64,000 nucleotides of DNA, from NCBI GenBank assembly GCA_031271175.1, contig JAISWE010000190.1, positions 27 through 64,026 on the forward strand, given 5' to 3'. The notes beneath the pieces are model-generated. The model was not told the DNA's origin and searched no databases. It worked only from the letters and a program-made list of their open reading frames with translations. Source of the DNA: Bacteroidales bacterium (GTDB taxonomy: Bacteria > Bacteroidota > Bacteroidia > Bacteroidales > UBA4181). The position numbers and the translations under genes were made by a program. Below, one piece after another: positions 15,062 to 24,640 of this stretch. Positions within the stretch are counted from its first letter, which is position 1. Every line of letters begins with the position of its first letter.

Positions 15062-15991
15062 ATGAAACTGTGCTTTGGAACATTTGCGGGCGTGATGCTG
15101 GACAACAAAAATAACAAGTCGGCCAACAGGGAGCGCGTGGTTAGAAAACTGCTCACGATTCTCGACAACAGCGACAAGCAAGGCGAGGAGAGCGGCGTAG
15201 AACTTGAAAACAGCACCGACATTTCAATCGTCTATAAATATCTAAAACGCGAGCGTGACCTCCCCAATGACCTGCTCCAAAAAGAACTGCCCATCCAGTA
15301 TCTGGACAAGCAGTTTGAGAATTATATAGAAAACTATTTGGGTCTGGATTACGATAAAATCCTCTCGGATTTCTTTTACCTCATTATGAGCGACAACACG
15401 CTGGCCCCCAGTGTCAAGGCGAAACTGGCGGTCAAAACGAAGCAGGCGGAGGACAATCTGCCGCATTATCTGGCCGAAATGTTCCGCTTTGTCATCAAGC
15501 ACACCAGCAATGACATTGTAGAAAACGAGGGCGAGCCGATTGAGCGCGATTTAGAGTATGAGCATGTGTTCTATACCGAAATGGTGAGGCTCGGCGTTAT
15601 CCAGCAAAACGCTGAGATTGTAGATTTTGCTATCGCTCCTTTGGGCAATCACGTTTATAGGGAACGAGCCGTGATGAAAATCTCCAACAGCGCGGAATGT
15701 ATGAAAAACCAGAAGTTTAGGGACATTTTTCACCGCGAGCTGTCCCGCATGGTCAATGACAATTACAGATTCAAGGTAATCAACCGCAGTTTAGACCAGA
15801 GCGAATATTTCAAGGCAAATGCGGATGAACTTATTGACGGGCATATAGCCGAAATTGTAAGCGAGGAATATACTTATAATATTCTGGCTCAGTTATGTAA
15901 AATGGAGCGTGGGGATTTGGCGGTAAAGTATGCGGGGCTTCTGACCGATGAGAAGTTCAAGGGTAAGCTCAATGCGGTATTGGGGGAATAA
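15062..15991 (+). CDS. hypothetical protein (309 aa), the only plus-strand gene in the middle of the element
   Basis: The start was set at ATG 15062 after SD aagggggaag. The protein is acidic and helical-looking with no recognisable motif, TM or signal peptide. Confidence 0.6.
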   Translation: MKLCFGTFAGVMLDNKNNKSANRERVVRKLLTILDNSDKQGEESGVELENSTDISIVYKYLKRERDLPNDLLQKELPIQYLDKQFENYIENYLGLDYDKILSDFFYLIMSDNTLAPSVKAKLAVKTKQAEDNLPHYLAEMFRFVIKHTSNDIVENEGEPIERDLEYEHVFYTEMVRLGVIQQNAEIVDFAIAPLGNHVYRERAVMKISNSAECMKNQKFRDIFHRELSRMVNDNYRFKVINRSLDQSEYFKANADELIDGHIAEIVSEEYTYNILAQLCKMERGDLAVKYAGLLTDEKFKGKLNAVLGE

Positions 15992-16058
15992 GGGCATAAA
16001 AAAAGACCGCCTCGGTTGAGACGGCCTTTCATGCTTGCTTGCGATTGCTGAGACTGAA

Positions 16059-16772
16059 CTATTTAGCCTTTGGGGCAATGACGCTCTCGATGTCATTGTT
16101 ATCGGCTGGGCCGAAATATTCAGCGCCAAAGGATATCTTGGTTCCAAGGCTGGCCCCCACTTTTACTCCAACAGACAGAAGGTTGGGGTTATCGATAAGA
16201 ACGCTGTAATAGCCTATGACATCAATGGATTCGCCAGGTTGAACTGTTATATCGTCAATATAGTGAGTCCAATTGTCTTTCTCTATGGGTTCGGCATAAC
16301 CAGAGCCTACAATGGCGATATAAAGAGGCTGTATCCCTCCCGTTCCCGTAACAGAGTTCTTTACATAGGTATAGACCTTGTAAGGTGAATCCGACCCGTT
16401 GGTTAGATGCGCAGAAAACGGAACCATAAAGGCTTCGCTTGCGCGTCCCGCGATGCGATACATGGACTCATTTGAGCCTGGGTGTTTTGCGTTCCCAGCC
16501 ACAAACTTTCCATACCACATCGTGTAATCAACGGTGATACCATCTTTGGTCTCTTGCCCTGTGATTTTCTCCGTCTCAGACCATGTGGTTTGAGCGTTCC
16601 CGCCGTTTTGGCTCGCACCATTCCCATTTGTCCCTGAGTCGTTTCCATTTTGACCACAGCCAGTCAAGAGAACAAGTCCCAAAACCAAGACTGCGGCCAC
16701 AGCAGCAATAGAAGCAAGCAATTTGCCAGATATTTTACCACCTTGGCCAGTGGTTTTCATGATTTTGCTCAT
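16059..16772 (-). CDS. secreted lipoprotein, function unknown
   Basis: The start was set at ATG 16772 after SD aaaggag. The signal peptide has the lipobox LLTGC, followed by an N/G/S-rich linker and then a beta-rich body. Confidence 0.65.
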   Translation of the reverse strand: MSKIMKTTGQGGKISGKLLASIAAVAAVLVLGLVLLTGCGQNGNDSGTNGNGASQNGGNAQTTWSETEKITGQETKDGITVDYTMWYGKFVAGNAKHPGSNESMYRIAGRASEAFMVPFSAHLTNGSDSPYKVYTYVKNSVTGTGGIQPLYIAIVGSGYAEPIEKDNWTHYIDDITVQPGESIDVIGYYSVLIDNPNLLSVGVKVGASLGTKISFGAEYFGPADNNDIESVIAPKAK

Positions 16773-16943
16773 GATTTTCTCCTTTCTGGCCATTATCTGG
16801 CCAATAAACAATTTATGGCCAGCCCCTTTGGTTGACCACTGGACATATAATGCTTATTAGGATTATGTGACCAACGGTCAATCAAAGATGATAAATACTT
16901 GACAAGATATAAAACAGCGAGCCTGTCAAACAGACTTGAAATC

Positions 16944-16972
16944 ATTATAGCATATTTGAGCATATTTTTCAA
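16944..16972 (-). promoter_or_regulatory. consensus sigma-A promoter for the lipoprotein gene
   Basis: The minus strand reads TTGAAA, a 17-nt spacer, then TATAAT. It is followed by a leader of about 165 nt. Confidence 0.65.
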
Positions 16973-17018
16973 TAGTTTTCTGGACATTTTACAAATTAGC
17001 GTTGCCGCTATCATGGCT

Positions 17019-20000
17019 TTACTTCCTGATAATATTGCTTTCTGACGCACATCCGTCTTTGGTGAGGCTAAACCAAAATTGCTTTTTATTGGCATCCGTT
17101 GGCAACACGAAATCATCTGAGAACACCACATTCTTACCGACACAGGACGACCCGAACATCCAGCTCATATCGGGCTTGGCCGCGCTGCTAAATGATGATA
17201 AATCAAAATCTTGTTCGGTATCATATACTTGAAGCCCCGCAAACATGCCAATCATCTTCTCGGCTTTGTCGGTAATTAGAGGGATTTTTGCTATTGGACT
17301 GTATGATATTCCCGAGAACATCCAGCTCATATCCGTGACATTGCCCGTGTCGAAGCCCAATCGCTCATTTATGGGGAGTTCCTCCGAGTCTGTTGGCCGC
17401 GTGTATGGCGTGAAATAAACAATATCCGATTTACTGCCAGCGAACATACCTGCCATATTAGTGACGTTGGAGGTGGTGAAACCTTTGAGGTCAAGCGGCG
17501 CATGGCTAAACTTGGTGAGTTCTTCATTGCGGCTATAAGAATCAATAAGAAGGACTATATCGTCGACATCACTATCTCCGCTTGGAGGCACACACTTATC
17601 CTCATCCTTATTACCAGTGAAGAAATAAACCAATGTTTTTCCAAGTTTTTTGAGTAAATCTTCCTCTTGGTCTTCTATTTGCGAATTGCTGGCTGGAATA
17701 TAAATCTCGGCCACCTTTTGCTCGGGGGAATCTTCTATGCCTTCGCACATCACCCAATTCGTAGCAATCTCAGGCTGGAAGTTGGCAAACATCCAACTCA
17801 TATCGGTCACATTTGTAGTGTTGAAACTGGACACATTGATAGATTGCGTAGCGGGGCCAAGAGCATAAAACATCTCAGCCATAATTGTTACTTTTTCGGT
17901 GTTGAAGCTCGACAGATTCAGAGTGGTGATATTTGACCCGCTAAACATGCCCTTCATATTTGTTACTTCACTGGTGTTGAAACTGGACAAATCCAGTGAG
18001 CCGCCCGATTCAACGTTGAGATACAGGTTCTCGAACATCTGCTGCATGTTCATCACTTTTGCCGTGTTGAAATTGCTGAGGTCTATTTCAGTAAGCGCGC
18101 CGCCAGAGAACATGCCAGCCATATTGACCACATTTGCGGTGTTGAGGTCTTTTATGCCTTGGATTTTCGGTGCTCGAACTGCCATAAACATGTAACTCAT
18201 ATCTTTTACATTTTGAGTGTTTATTCCAGATACGTTGATATTCCGCGCCCCGCGTGTCTCATTGAACATATTGCTCATGTTCAATGCCTTACTGGTGTCC
18301 CAACTGCTGATATCAATACGACATTTATCATTCCCGCAATTAGCCCCAGCATACACCGCGTCCTCACTATCACCGATGTCTTCGGCACATGATTTCCCCC
18401 CGCTGTAATTACACATGCCAAATCGAGAGCCTTGGAATATGCTTGAAAAATCCTCAACGTTCGATGTATCGAAGGACACGTTGAAATCCGCCATATCATT
18501 ATTGTAGTAAAACATGCGGCTCATATTCGTGACATTGCCCGTATCCCTCGCAATAGCGCCCAAAGCGCTGCCGATATTATTGAAGTTCGCCCCCTCAAAC
18601 ATGGAGGTCATATTGGCTACATTTGTAACTTTCAGATTAGATAGCCCTTCGAGCTTAGTAGCGGCAAGCCCCTCATAGCATGAACCAGCCTTATTGTTGA
18701 TTGGGCTTGGGCCGTAGGTATATTCCCGCATATAAGCGCAAACCTTGGTGTTTGTTATTGGAGATGTAAGGGCATTGGCGGCCTCCTTGACAATATCCGA
18801 TATAAAATCAACGGTTGCGCCCACGACTGGGATAGGAAGACTGGGATTATCCCAATCAAACATCTCAAACCATTCCACACTGTTATCTCGCGGAACCAAT
18901 CCACGCCCCAACAAGAAATAATCTGTATTTTGTCCCGTGTAGAAAAACAGATTTGATGAATCTACTGGCGCGTTCACCCAATCCTTTTGACCTATTGTAA
19001 TGTTGTATAAGTTACTGCCATATTGGTAAATGATGGCATCGTTTGAGTTCCAATCCCACTGCTCACCAGAACAGGCTGTATCTGCGCCAAACCATGATAA
19101 GAATCCGCCTATTACACAGCCAACCTTATTGGCTAAACCCGATAGACCAGAAACCAGTCCTTTTAGAACGTCTCCCACGACTCCCGCCTTGATGTCTCCG
19201 ACTTTCAGCGTGCCGTCACCAGCATATTCACCACAGGCAATCACTTGGCCGTCTTGGTGTTCGCCAATATCCCAACAGACCTTCGTATTGCCATACCATT
19301 TTTGCTCGCCTTTGCCTACGGTAGTGTCTGGAACACTATTTTGGAACGTTATTTTTTTTATATTTTCCCGATAAATTGGATGAGGCGCATTCAGCCAGTG
19401 GTGAAACTTGGGGAACTTGTCCTTTACACAGGTTTGCCACTCAGTATATTTATCCTTTTCGTCCTCCGATGGCTTAGTGCCACAGTCTGTTTCATACATG
19501 TCTTGGGTGATTGTGTCGGCGGTTTCTAAATAAGGGCCAACCGTATTATATGTGTTTCCGATTACTTGGTTGTCTTTGCTGGTATCAATGAGCAATTGGG
19601 CGGTAGATACGCTCATCAGCGAGTCGCGCTGGTCATCTCTCCACGCTATATCTACATAATACTCGCCTTCCTCGGCCTCAATATCTGCCGCAATGACAAT
19701 CCGATAATTGTCTGGCTCGGTTTGTGGGGAAGCATTAGCATAAACATGCTCCATCTCCGATGGGAACTCGTCCAGCATAGAACCATCTGGCCTAACCAAG
19801 CTCATCATCACGCGGTTTGACCCCACTGGCTCAGCGGCATATACACTGTCTGGATTCGTTACGCGCTCAAAAGAGGGAGCGGCGGCAAGAACATTATATC
19901 CATTCAGCCAGTTGGTCTTTACATACATATAGTTGTCGGCAACATTGGTGAGGGATTCATCTTTGACAATGTTTATATCAATGACATCTTGTGCGAAAAA

Positions 20001-20294
20001 TACATCTTGTTTAGGGAAGCTCGTATAGAGTATGCCAGCCAAGCCAAGAAGAATCAAAACATTGAAAAGCGCAAAATCTCGGCAGAAACTTGGAGACTTG
20101 TGGTATTTGCGAATTAGATATGTGTATAGATAGGCAATCACCACCAACCCCGCTACGCACGCGATTCCGAGCAACACCCACGGAAGCGCTCGGAAGATGC
20201 CAGCGATGAAGTTGTCCCAATCGCTTGGCATATCCGAAGCCGACTCATAAATATGGACTCTAATCGTTTGCGTGAGAGTGCGGGATTCCAGCAT
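17019..20294 (-). CDS. BspA/DUF285-type leucine-rich-repeat surface protein, N-terminally membrane anchored (1091 aa)
   Basis: Two N-terminal TM helices. There are many copies of the DUF285 signature (VTNMSWMF, TSNVTNMAGMF, NTANVVNMAGMFSG, DTSKALNMSNMF, TSEVTNMKGMFSG). I saw no LPXTG motif. Confidence 0.8.
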   Translation of the reverse strand: MLESRTLTQTIRVHIYESASDMPSDWDNFIAGIFRALPWVLLGIACVAGLVVIAYLYTYLIRKYHKSPSFCRDFALFNVLILLGLAGILYTSFPKQDVFFAQDVIDINIVKDESLTNVADNYMYVKTNWLNGYNVLAAAPSFERVTNPDSVYAAEPVGSNRVMMSLVRPDGSMLDEFPSEMEHVYANASPQTEPDNYRIVIAADIEAEEGEYYVDIAWRDDQRDSLMSVSTAQLLIDTSKDNQVIGNTYNTVGPYLETADTITQDMYETDCGTKPSEDEKDKYTEWQTCVKDKFPKFHHWLNAPHPIYRENIKKITFQNSVPDTTVGKGEQKWYGNTKVCWDIGEHQDGQVIACGEYAGDGTLKVGDIKAGVVGDVLKGLVSGLSGLANKVGCVIGGFLSWFGADTACSGEQWDWNSNDAIIYQYGSNLYNITIGQKDWVNAPVDSSNLFFYTGQNTDYFLLGRGLVPRDNSVEWFEMFDWDNPSLPIPVVGATVDFISDIVKEAANALTSPITNTKVCAYMREYTYGPSPINNKAGSCYEGLAATKLEGLSNLKVTNVANMTSMFEGANFNNIGSALGAIARDTGNVTNMSRMFYYNNDMADFNVSFDTSNVEDFSSIFQGSRFGMCNYSGGKSCAEDIGDSEDAVYAGANCGNDKCRIDISSWDTSKALNMSNMFNETRGARNINVSGINTQNVKDMSYMFMAVRAPKIQGIKDLNTANVVNMAGMFSGGALTEIDLSNFNTAKVMNMQQMFENLYLNVESGGSLDLSSFNTSEVTNMKGMFSGSNITTLNLSSFNTEKVTIMAEMFYALGPATQSINVSSFNTTNVTDMSWMFANFQPEIATNWVMCEGIEDSPEQKVAEIYIPASNSQIEDQEEDLLKKLGKTLVYFFTGNKDEDKCVPPSGDSDVDDIVLLIDSYSRNEELTKFSHAPLDLKGFTTSNVTNMAGMFAGSKSDIVYFTPYTRPTDSEELPINERLGFDTGNVTDMSWMFSGISYSPIAKIPLITDKAEKMIGMFAGLQVYDTEQDFDLSSFSSAAKPDMSWMFGSSCVGKNVVFSDDFVLPTDANKKQFWFSLTKDGCASESNIIRK

Positions 20295-20302
20295 TTTTCA
20301 GA

Positions 20303-22591
20303 CTATCTTTTACTTTGTTTGTGAGCATTGATAGCGTTCAGCGCATCAGCAGAGGTAGTTCCTGAGACTTGTCGTTTTATATCAGCAGTAATCGTAGCGT
20401 TACGTTGCGTGCTTGCCGCCTTTGCCACTTGGAGCGTATTAGCATTTGTCGCAGATAGATTGTTTCTGACGTTTGCGTTTGCCGCCGCCTCATTGCCGAG
20501 ACGAGTTAGCGCGTCTTCCGCCTTCACCGCAGTGCTGGTCTGTGCCATTGTTGTTGCGCCAAGTATTGTTGAAGATTCCGTCTGGTTTGCGAGGTTCTTG
20601 AGTTCGGTGACAACCTTATCATCTCCCGCCATTGCTTGCGGGGACATACTGCTGACTTTTTCTACAAATCCAGTAGATAGACTTGCTTCCGTAGCAGTGC
20701 CATCAAGAACACTGGCTCTCATTGAATTAGAGAATCCACCGCCAAATCGCGTAGCCAAGCCCTCAGAAACAGCCATGTTCTGGGCTTCTGCTGCGGCCAG
20801 TTCGGGGCCTTTGAGCGTGCTGACATCCTGTATCATATTTCCTACACCCAATTTATTGACATAGCCCTTTTCTCTTGCCAATGTGAATGCTGCTTGCTGT
20901 TGAGCGACATTCTTTGGCCTCACTCGACCCTCTACAATGTCCCTGATTGCCCCCTCTCCCTTGGATGACAGCCCTATGGTCTCGGTAGCGACATCGTCAT
21001 TGTGCATCTGTGTTCTCAGCGCGTTTGCCTGTGAGGAATCTCCCTGACCCGTGGCCTCATAGTTAGCAAGTGTTCTTTCTTTATTGGCACGTTCTTGAGT
21101 GCTCAGTTTCATATCGCGTTTGATATCGCCCTTTGATTTGATGCCACGGGATGCTTTTTCTTGCTTATATTTATCCATTTGCGGCATGACAGACTTGCCC
21201 ATATCTGTCTGTCGGAAGGCGGCACCAGCGCCACCTTTGAGTGCGCCCATTGCCCCAGCGGACATACCGCCAGTCGCAATACCAACACCCACCATAGCGG
21301 CGGCTGAAACAGCGCCTTGAACCGCATTAGCGGCGGCGGCCATCAATGAACTACATTTTTTCATTAGCGGCTTTACAAACAAGATAGGGGCCGCTATCGC
21401 TACAAACATCCCGACAACTTGTATAATGAACGAACCCAAATTATCATGCGGCAGATTTTGGATTACCATTGACGCAATACTTGAAATGCCTACTATTGCC
21501 CCAAACGCTGGGTATATGAGCAATAAGCCGCCAAAGTTCTTGAACCAGATAAAGAAATACTTTTGGCCTTTCGGGTGAAGCCACAGCACGAAAGCCAACG
21601 GCGATACTATTGTCAAGGCTATCAGAAAAATCAGGCGTATGGAAGTGTATATGGTCGCCATAATAACGGCGTATATCTCAAACAAAACCAAAACCACTAC
21701 AATCACCGCTAAAATCAACCAGATAAACTGTGCGTTTGCCAGCACCGCTAAACTTTTCGCACCCTCTTCAACAGCGGCGCTTGGATTGATAGAGCTTTCA
21801 ATGAGTTCTTTTTGTTTGGCATCTGGCAATCTGCTAAAAACTCCATTCACGGCCATACACTGGTCATAGTCAGCGCCAGTCAGTTTGTAGTTGCTGCCAC
21901 ATAAAATCTTTGCCTGTGCCTCTCCTCCCGCACCCTCAATCAGATTGGCAATAGCTCCACCAGCAATGTTCGATACATCTACCAGCAAAACGCAGATATA
22001 AAACGACAGATTTATGGCAATGGCGGTTATCGCTATTTTCGGCGCAAGTTTTTTCAAGTGGTAGTTCGATATACCGATAGAAGTTATCATTGAGATAATG
22101 GCAATCAGCAGAATGATTATAAATATAATATTTGCCATGGTGGTAAATGCCCCCGTAACATCCCGCATAACCGTAAATGAATCGCCATTATTGAAAATAC
22201 GAACAGTAAACATCCCATTCATTAGGCTGATAAGTGCTTGCGTTACCCCTTTGGACATCAGAATAAACGGACACAGCATAAACGCCATCATAAATCCCGC
22301 GCCCTTTGACCATGTGGATATACAGTTACCAAGCTCAACTATGGCGTCAACAAAGTTTTTGATGCCTTTTATAATATTCACGAGGGTATCAATACCCCAA
22401 ATACCGACATGTCCAGCCGATACGCCGAGTAGTGGTGTTGTATCAGCACCCGCCTCTATGTATGCTGCCGCTTCTTCCTCCATGCTGAGCGCATTGGCAT
22501 TAGATACAGCCAACAGCGGGGATACCAGCATGTTGGCGAGCAACACGACTGGTAGAAAAATAGTGAGTGCCTTTTTTATTCGGTTTTTCAT
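20303..22591 (-). CDS. polytopic membrane protein with long polar C-terminal extension, VirB6/TrbL-like (tentative)
   Basis: 762 aa with a signal peptide, about 8 hydrophobic helices over about 430 aa, a G/A-rich segment and a hydrophilic tail. The stop lies 8 nt upstream of the LRR gene start. The family call rests on architecture only. Confidence 0.45.
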   Translation of the reverse strand: MKNRIKKALTIFLPVVLLANMLVSPLLAVSNANALSMEEEAAAYIEAGADTTPLLGVSAGHVGIWGIDTLVNIIKGIKNFVDAIVELGNCISTWSKGAGFMMAFMLCPFILMSKGVTQALISLMNGMFTVRIFNNGDSFTVMRDVTGAFTTMANIIFIIILLIAIISMITSIGISNYHLKKLAPKIAITAIAINLSFYICVLLVDVSNIAGGAIANLIEGAGGEAQAKILCGSNYKLTGADYDQCMAVNGVFSRLPDAKQKELIESSINPSAAVEEGAKSLAVLANAQFIWLILAVIVVVLVLFEIYAVIMATIYTSIRLIFLIALTIVSPLAFVLWLHPKGQKYFFIWFKNFGGLLLIYPAFGAIVGISSIASMVIQNLPHDNLGSFIIQVVGMFVAIAAPILFVKPLMKKCSSLMAAAANAVQGAVSAAAMVGVGIATGGMSAGAMGALKGGAGAAFRQTDMGKSVMPQMDKYKQEKASRGIKSKGDIKRDMKLSTQERANKERTLANYEATGQGDSSQANALRTQMHNDDVATETIGLSSKGEGAIRDIVEGRVRPKNVAQQQAAFTLAREKGYVNKLGVGNMIQDVSTLKGPELAAAEAQNMAVSEGLATRFGGGFSNSMRASVLDGTATEASLSTGFVEKVSSMSPQAMAGDDKVVTELKNLANQTESSTILGATTMAQTSTAVKAEDALTRLGNEAAANANVRNNLSATNANTLQVAKAASTQRNATITADIKRQVSGTTSADALNAINAHKQSKR

Positions 22592-22616
22592 TTACTGTTT
22601 CCTGTTCATGCTTATT

Positions 22617-22667
22617 CTAATAGTAATAGACCAAAAACAAAAAAGCAATAGAACTATTGAGTTTCAC
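22617..22667 (-). CDS. candidate 16-aa leader mini-ORF (or an ATG-TGA start-stop) behind a very strong SD
   Basis: The minus strand reads ggaggaggacataATGTGAaactc... Reading from GTG gives MKLNSSIAFLFLVYYY. It lies between the leader terminator and the main ATG at 22591. Confidence 0.3.
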   Translation of the reverse strand: MKLNSSIAFLFLVYYY

Positions 22668-22683
22668 ATTATGTCCTCCTCCA

Positions 22684-22715
22684 AACAAAAACCGCCTCTA
22701 AATCAAATGAGGCAG
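22684..22715 (-). terminator. intrinsic terminator inside the 5' leader of the VirB6-like/LRR operon
   Basis: The minus strand reads ctgcctc atttgattta gaggcgg followed by tttttgttt. No minus-strand CDS lies upstream of it. Confidence 0.6.
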
Positions 22716-22740
22716 TTGATATATAGCGCAATAACATGAA

Positions 22741-22804
22741 TCCCCTAAAACGTAACTATGTCCAACTGAAATAGGAATAAATCAAATGGGACCGTTTTAG
22801 GGGA
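22741..22804 (-). promoter_or_regulatory. 12-bp perfect-stem hairpin in the operon leader
   Basis: tcccctaaaacg (22741-22752) pairs exactly with cgttttagggga (22793-22804), with a 40-nt loop. Confidence 0.6.
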
Positions 22805-22839
22805 ATGTAAAACATCTGAATATCAGATATTTCCTCTTG

Positions 22840-22868
22840 ATTCTATATGCTCCTTTATGTGCTGTCAA
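22840..22868 (-). promoter_or_regulatory. sigma-A type promoter driving the leader and the VirB6-like/LRR operon
   Basis: The minus strand reads TTGACA (22868-22863), a 17-nt spacer, then TAGAAT (22845-22840). Confidence 0.55.
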
Positions 22869-23180
22869 TAATGATTATTCGCATAGTGTCAAATACTGGA
22901 TTGGATAATCATCAGGGGTTGAGACTTATAGGGCTTTCTACTAAATATGTCTTTATTTGTAGGCACCGCACAGGAGTGAGCGCCCCATCCTCGCTTGACA
23001 CCAATTGAAAGTAAAAATCACAACACTCAATCCACGCCGCCGCTAATTGTATTCTTGCCTCTGTAATACCGTGTCGCCTCGCTCATAATTACCCCTATTT
23101 CACCCCTATTCTCGCCCCATATTCCATGTAACAATGTCTTTGAGCCGAAAGGCATCGCACATTGAAAGGTGGAATACACA

Positions 23181-24083
23181 ATGAGAATCCAAGTCAATCT
23201 GGGAACCCGCAAGCGCAAGGAATTGGCTGAGGCGGTCGGTGAAATCATCGGTCAAGACAGCCGCTACCAAGGAGCGCCGACCTACGCCTATGAAATTGGG
23301 CGTGTGACGGTGGAACGCGATGGGACGCTCTCTTTTGAGAGTAAGCACATTCGGGACGCAGCATTTACGCACAGGCTGTTGGAGGGTTTGCGTGGGAGAG
23401 GCTTTGCTCCAGAAGTGATTGAGGGACATCTGCCTCAAGGATTAGAAGAGGTAGTGTCCGATGAAGTGTCGGCAACCGCCGCCGAAAACGCTCCTGAGCC
23501 ACCCGCCGAGACAGAACCTGACAAACTCGTTATCCAAATACCGCTTGAAGATTTCAGCAGTAACGCGATTGAAAATCTGCGACTATTGGTGGCGAGCAAG
23601 GCAACCCTCATCAAAAAAGCGCTCAAAGTCAGCGACCTCACCATTCGCCAGACCGAGGATACTCTCGACTTTCCGTGGTTTGACACGATGCCTGAGGCGT
23701 TAGCAATCAAAGTTTATACGCAGTTTATCGAGCAACTGTGTAACATGGCAAAAACGCAGACACGGATTATCGCGGTAGAAAAGCCCACGGACAACGACAA
23801 GTTTGTGATGCGGCTGTTTCTCGTGCGACTCGGCATGAAAGGTGACAAGTATGCCGATGCCAGACGCATATTGCTCCGCGACCTCACAGGTAACGGTTCG
23901 GTCAAGGACGCGAACGCAGTCAGACCGACAGCGCGGGTGGATTCAGCAGAGGGCGCGGAGGCAATGTCAAACAGCGCACACTACCCGCCCGAACGCAATC
24001 AACTCCCATGCCGTAAGTTCTTCCGCAAGTTCATTGAGTATCTTCTCTCTGAGGATGAAGATGATGGAGAGTTTTTGCCGTAA
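23181..24083 (+). CDS. hypothetical conjugative-element protein (300 aa) with acidic C-terminus
   Basis: The ATG at 23181 follows SD gaaaggtgg. The N-terminal RIQVNLGTRKRKELAEAVGEIIG...YQGAPTYAYEIG resembles uncharacterised ORFs I recall from Clostridia mobile elements. That recollection is unverified. Confidence 0.5.
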   Translation: MRIQVNLGTRKRKELAEAVGEIIGQDSRYQGAPTYAYEIGRVTVERDGTLSFESKHIRDAAFTHRLLEGLRGRGFAPEVIEGHLPQGLEEVVSDEVSATAAENAPEPPAETEPDKLVIQIPLEDFSSNAIENLRLLVASKATLIKKALKVSDLTIRQTEDTLDFPWFDTMPEALAIKVYTQFIEQLCNMAKTQTRIIAVEKPTDNDKFVMRLFLVRLGMKGDKYADARRILLRDLTGNGSVKDANAVRPTARVDSAEGAEAMSNSAHYPPERNQLPCRKFFRKFIEYLLSEDEDDGEFLP

Positions 24084-24101
24084 AGTCACCGCAACCACCC
24101 A

Positions 24102-24134
24102 AAAAATCCCGCCATATCGCATGACGGGATTTTT
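24102..24134. terminator. bidirectional intrinsic terminator between convergent genes
   Basis: aaaaatcccg (24102-24111) pairs with cgggattttt (24125-24134). Confidence 0.7.
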
Positions 24135-24153
24135 ACACAGCAATAGAACGAAA

Positions 24154-24621
24154 TCAGTAATCCCACCTCGTCCGCATTTCTACGCCGCTATCATGTAATA
24201 GGCGGGCTATGGTAGTATGCCCTACGCCAAACCGCCCCGCTATTTCATCAGTTTTTGTGCCGCTGTTGTATAGGGCAATAATTTCCGCGCTGTGTTTTGC
24301 TATTTTGCTGTGCGTTACCGTGACCCCACGCTTTTTGAGGTGCTTGCTAATAGCATTGCGCCCACAGCCGTATTTTTTGGCAAGAGCATAAGTGGACGCG
24401 CCCTGCTGGTATTCCGCTACAATGCCGTCTATTTCCGCCGCCGTTAGCCGCTTTTGTGGTTGCTGGATTTTCCGCGCGGCAATTTCGCCATGTTCATCTA
24501 CAAAAGTTTTGCTTGACCCCGCCTCTTCGGTTGTGCTATTATATGGGGTAGATAGGGCATTTTGGCGGTAACGCAATAAGCGGTCAAATTGGTTTTCGTC
24601 AAGTGCCGATAGGGCCACCAA
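24154..24621 (-). CDS. DNA-binding protein with two tandem Hin/resolvase-type HTH motifs
   Basis: GASTYALAKKYGCGRNAISKHLKKRG and TKTDEIAGRFGVGHTTIARLLHDSG are the two motifs. The only possible starts are TTG/GTG at 24621/24618 and neither has an SD, so the start is uncertain or the gene is 5'-truncated. Confidence 0.6.
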   Translation of the reverse strand: MVALSALDENQFDRLLRYRQNALSTPYNSTTEEAGSSKTFVDEHGEIAARKIQQPQKRLTAAEIDGIVAEYQQGASTYALAKKYGCGRNAISKHLKKRGVTVTHSKIAKHSAEIIALYNSGTKTDEIAGRFGVGHTTIARLLHDSGVEMRTRWDY

Positions 24622-24640
24622 AACCGGCGATAAATCGCCA

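Noticed and set aside
20328-22739. Plus-strand ORFs 20328-20864 (178 aa) and 22098-22739 (213 aa) antisense to the VirB6-like gene.
   Set aside because: They have no SD or promoter and their composition mirrors the sense gene. The 22098 ORF would also run through the leader, terminator and SD elements that make sense on the minus strand.
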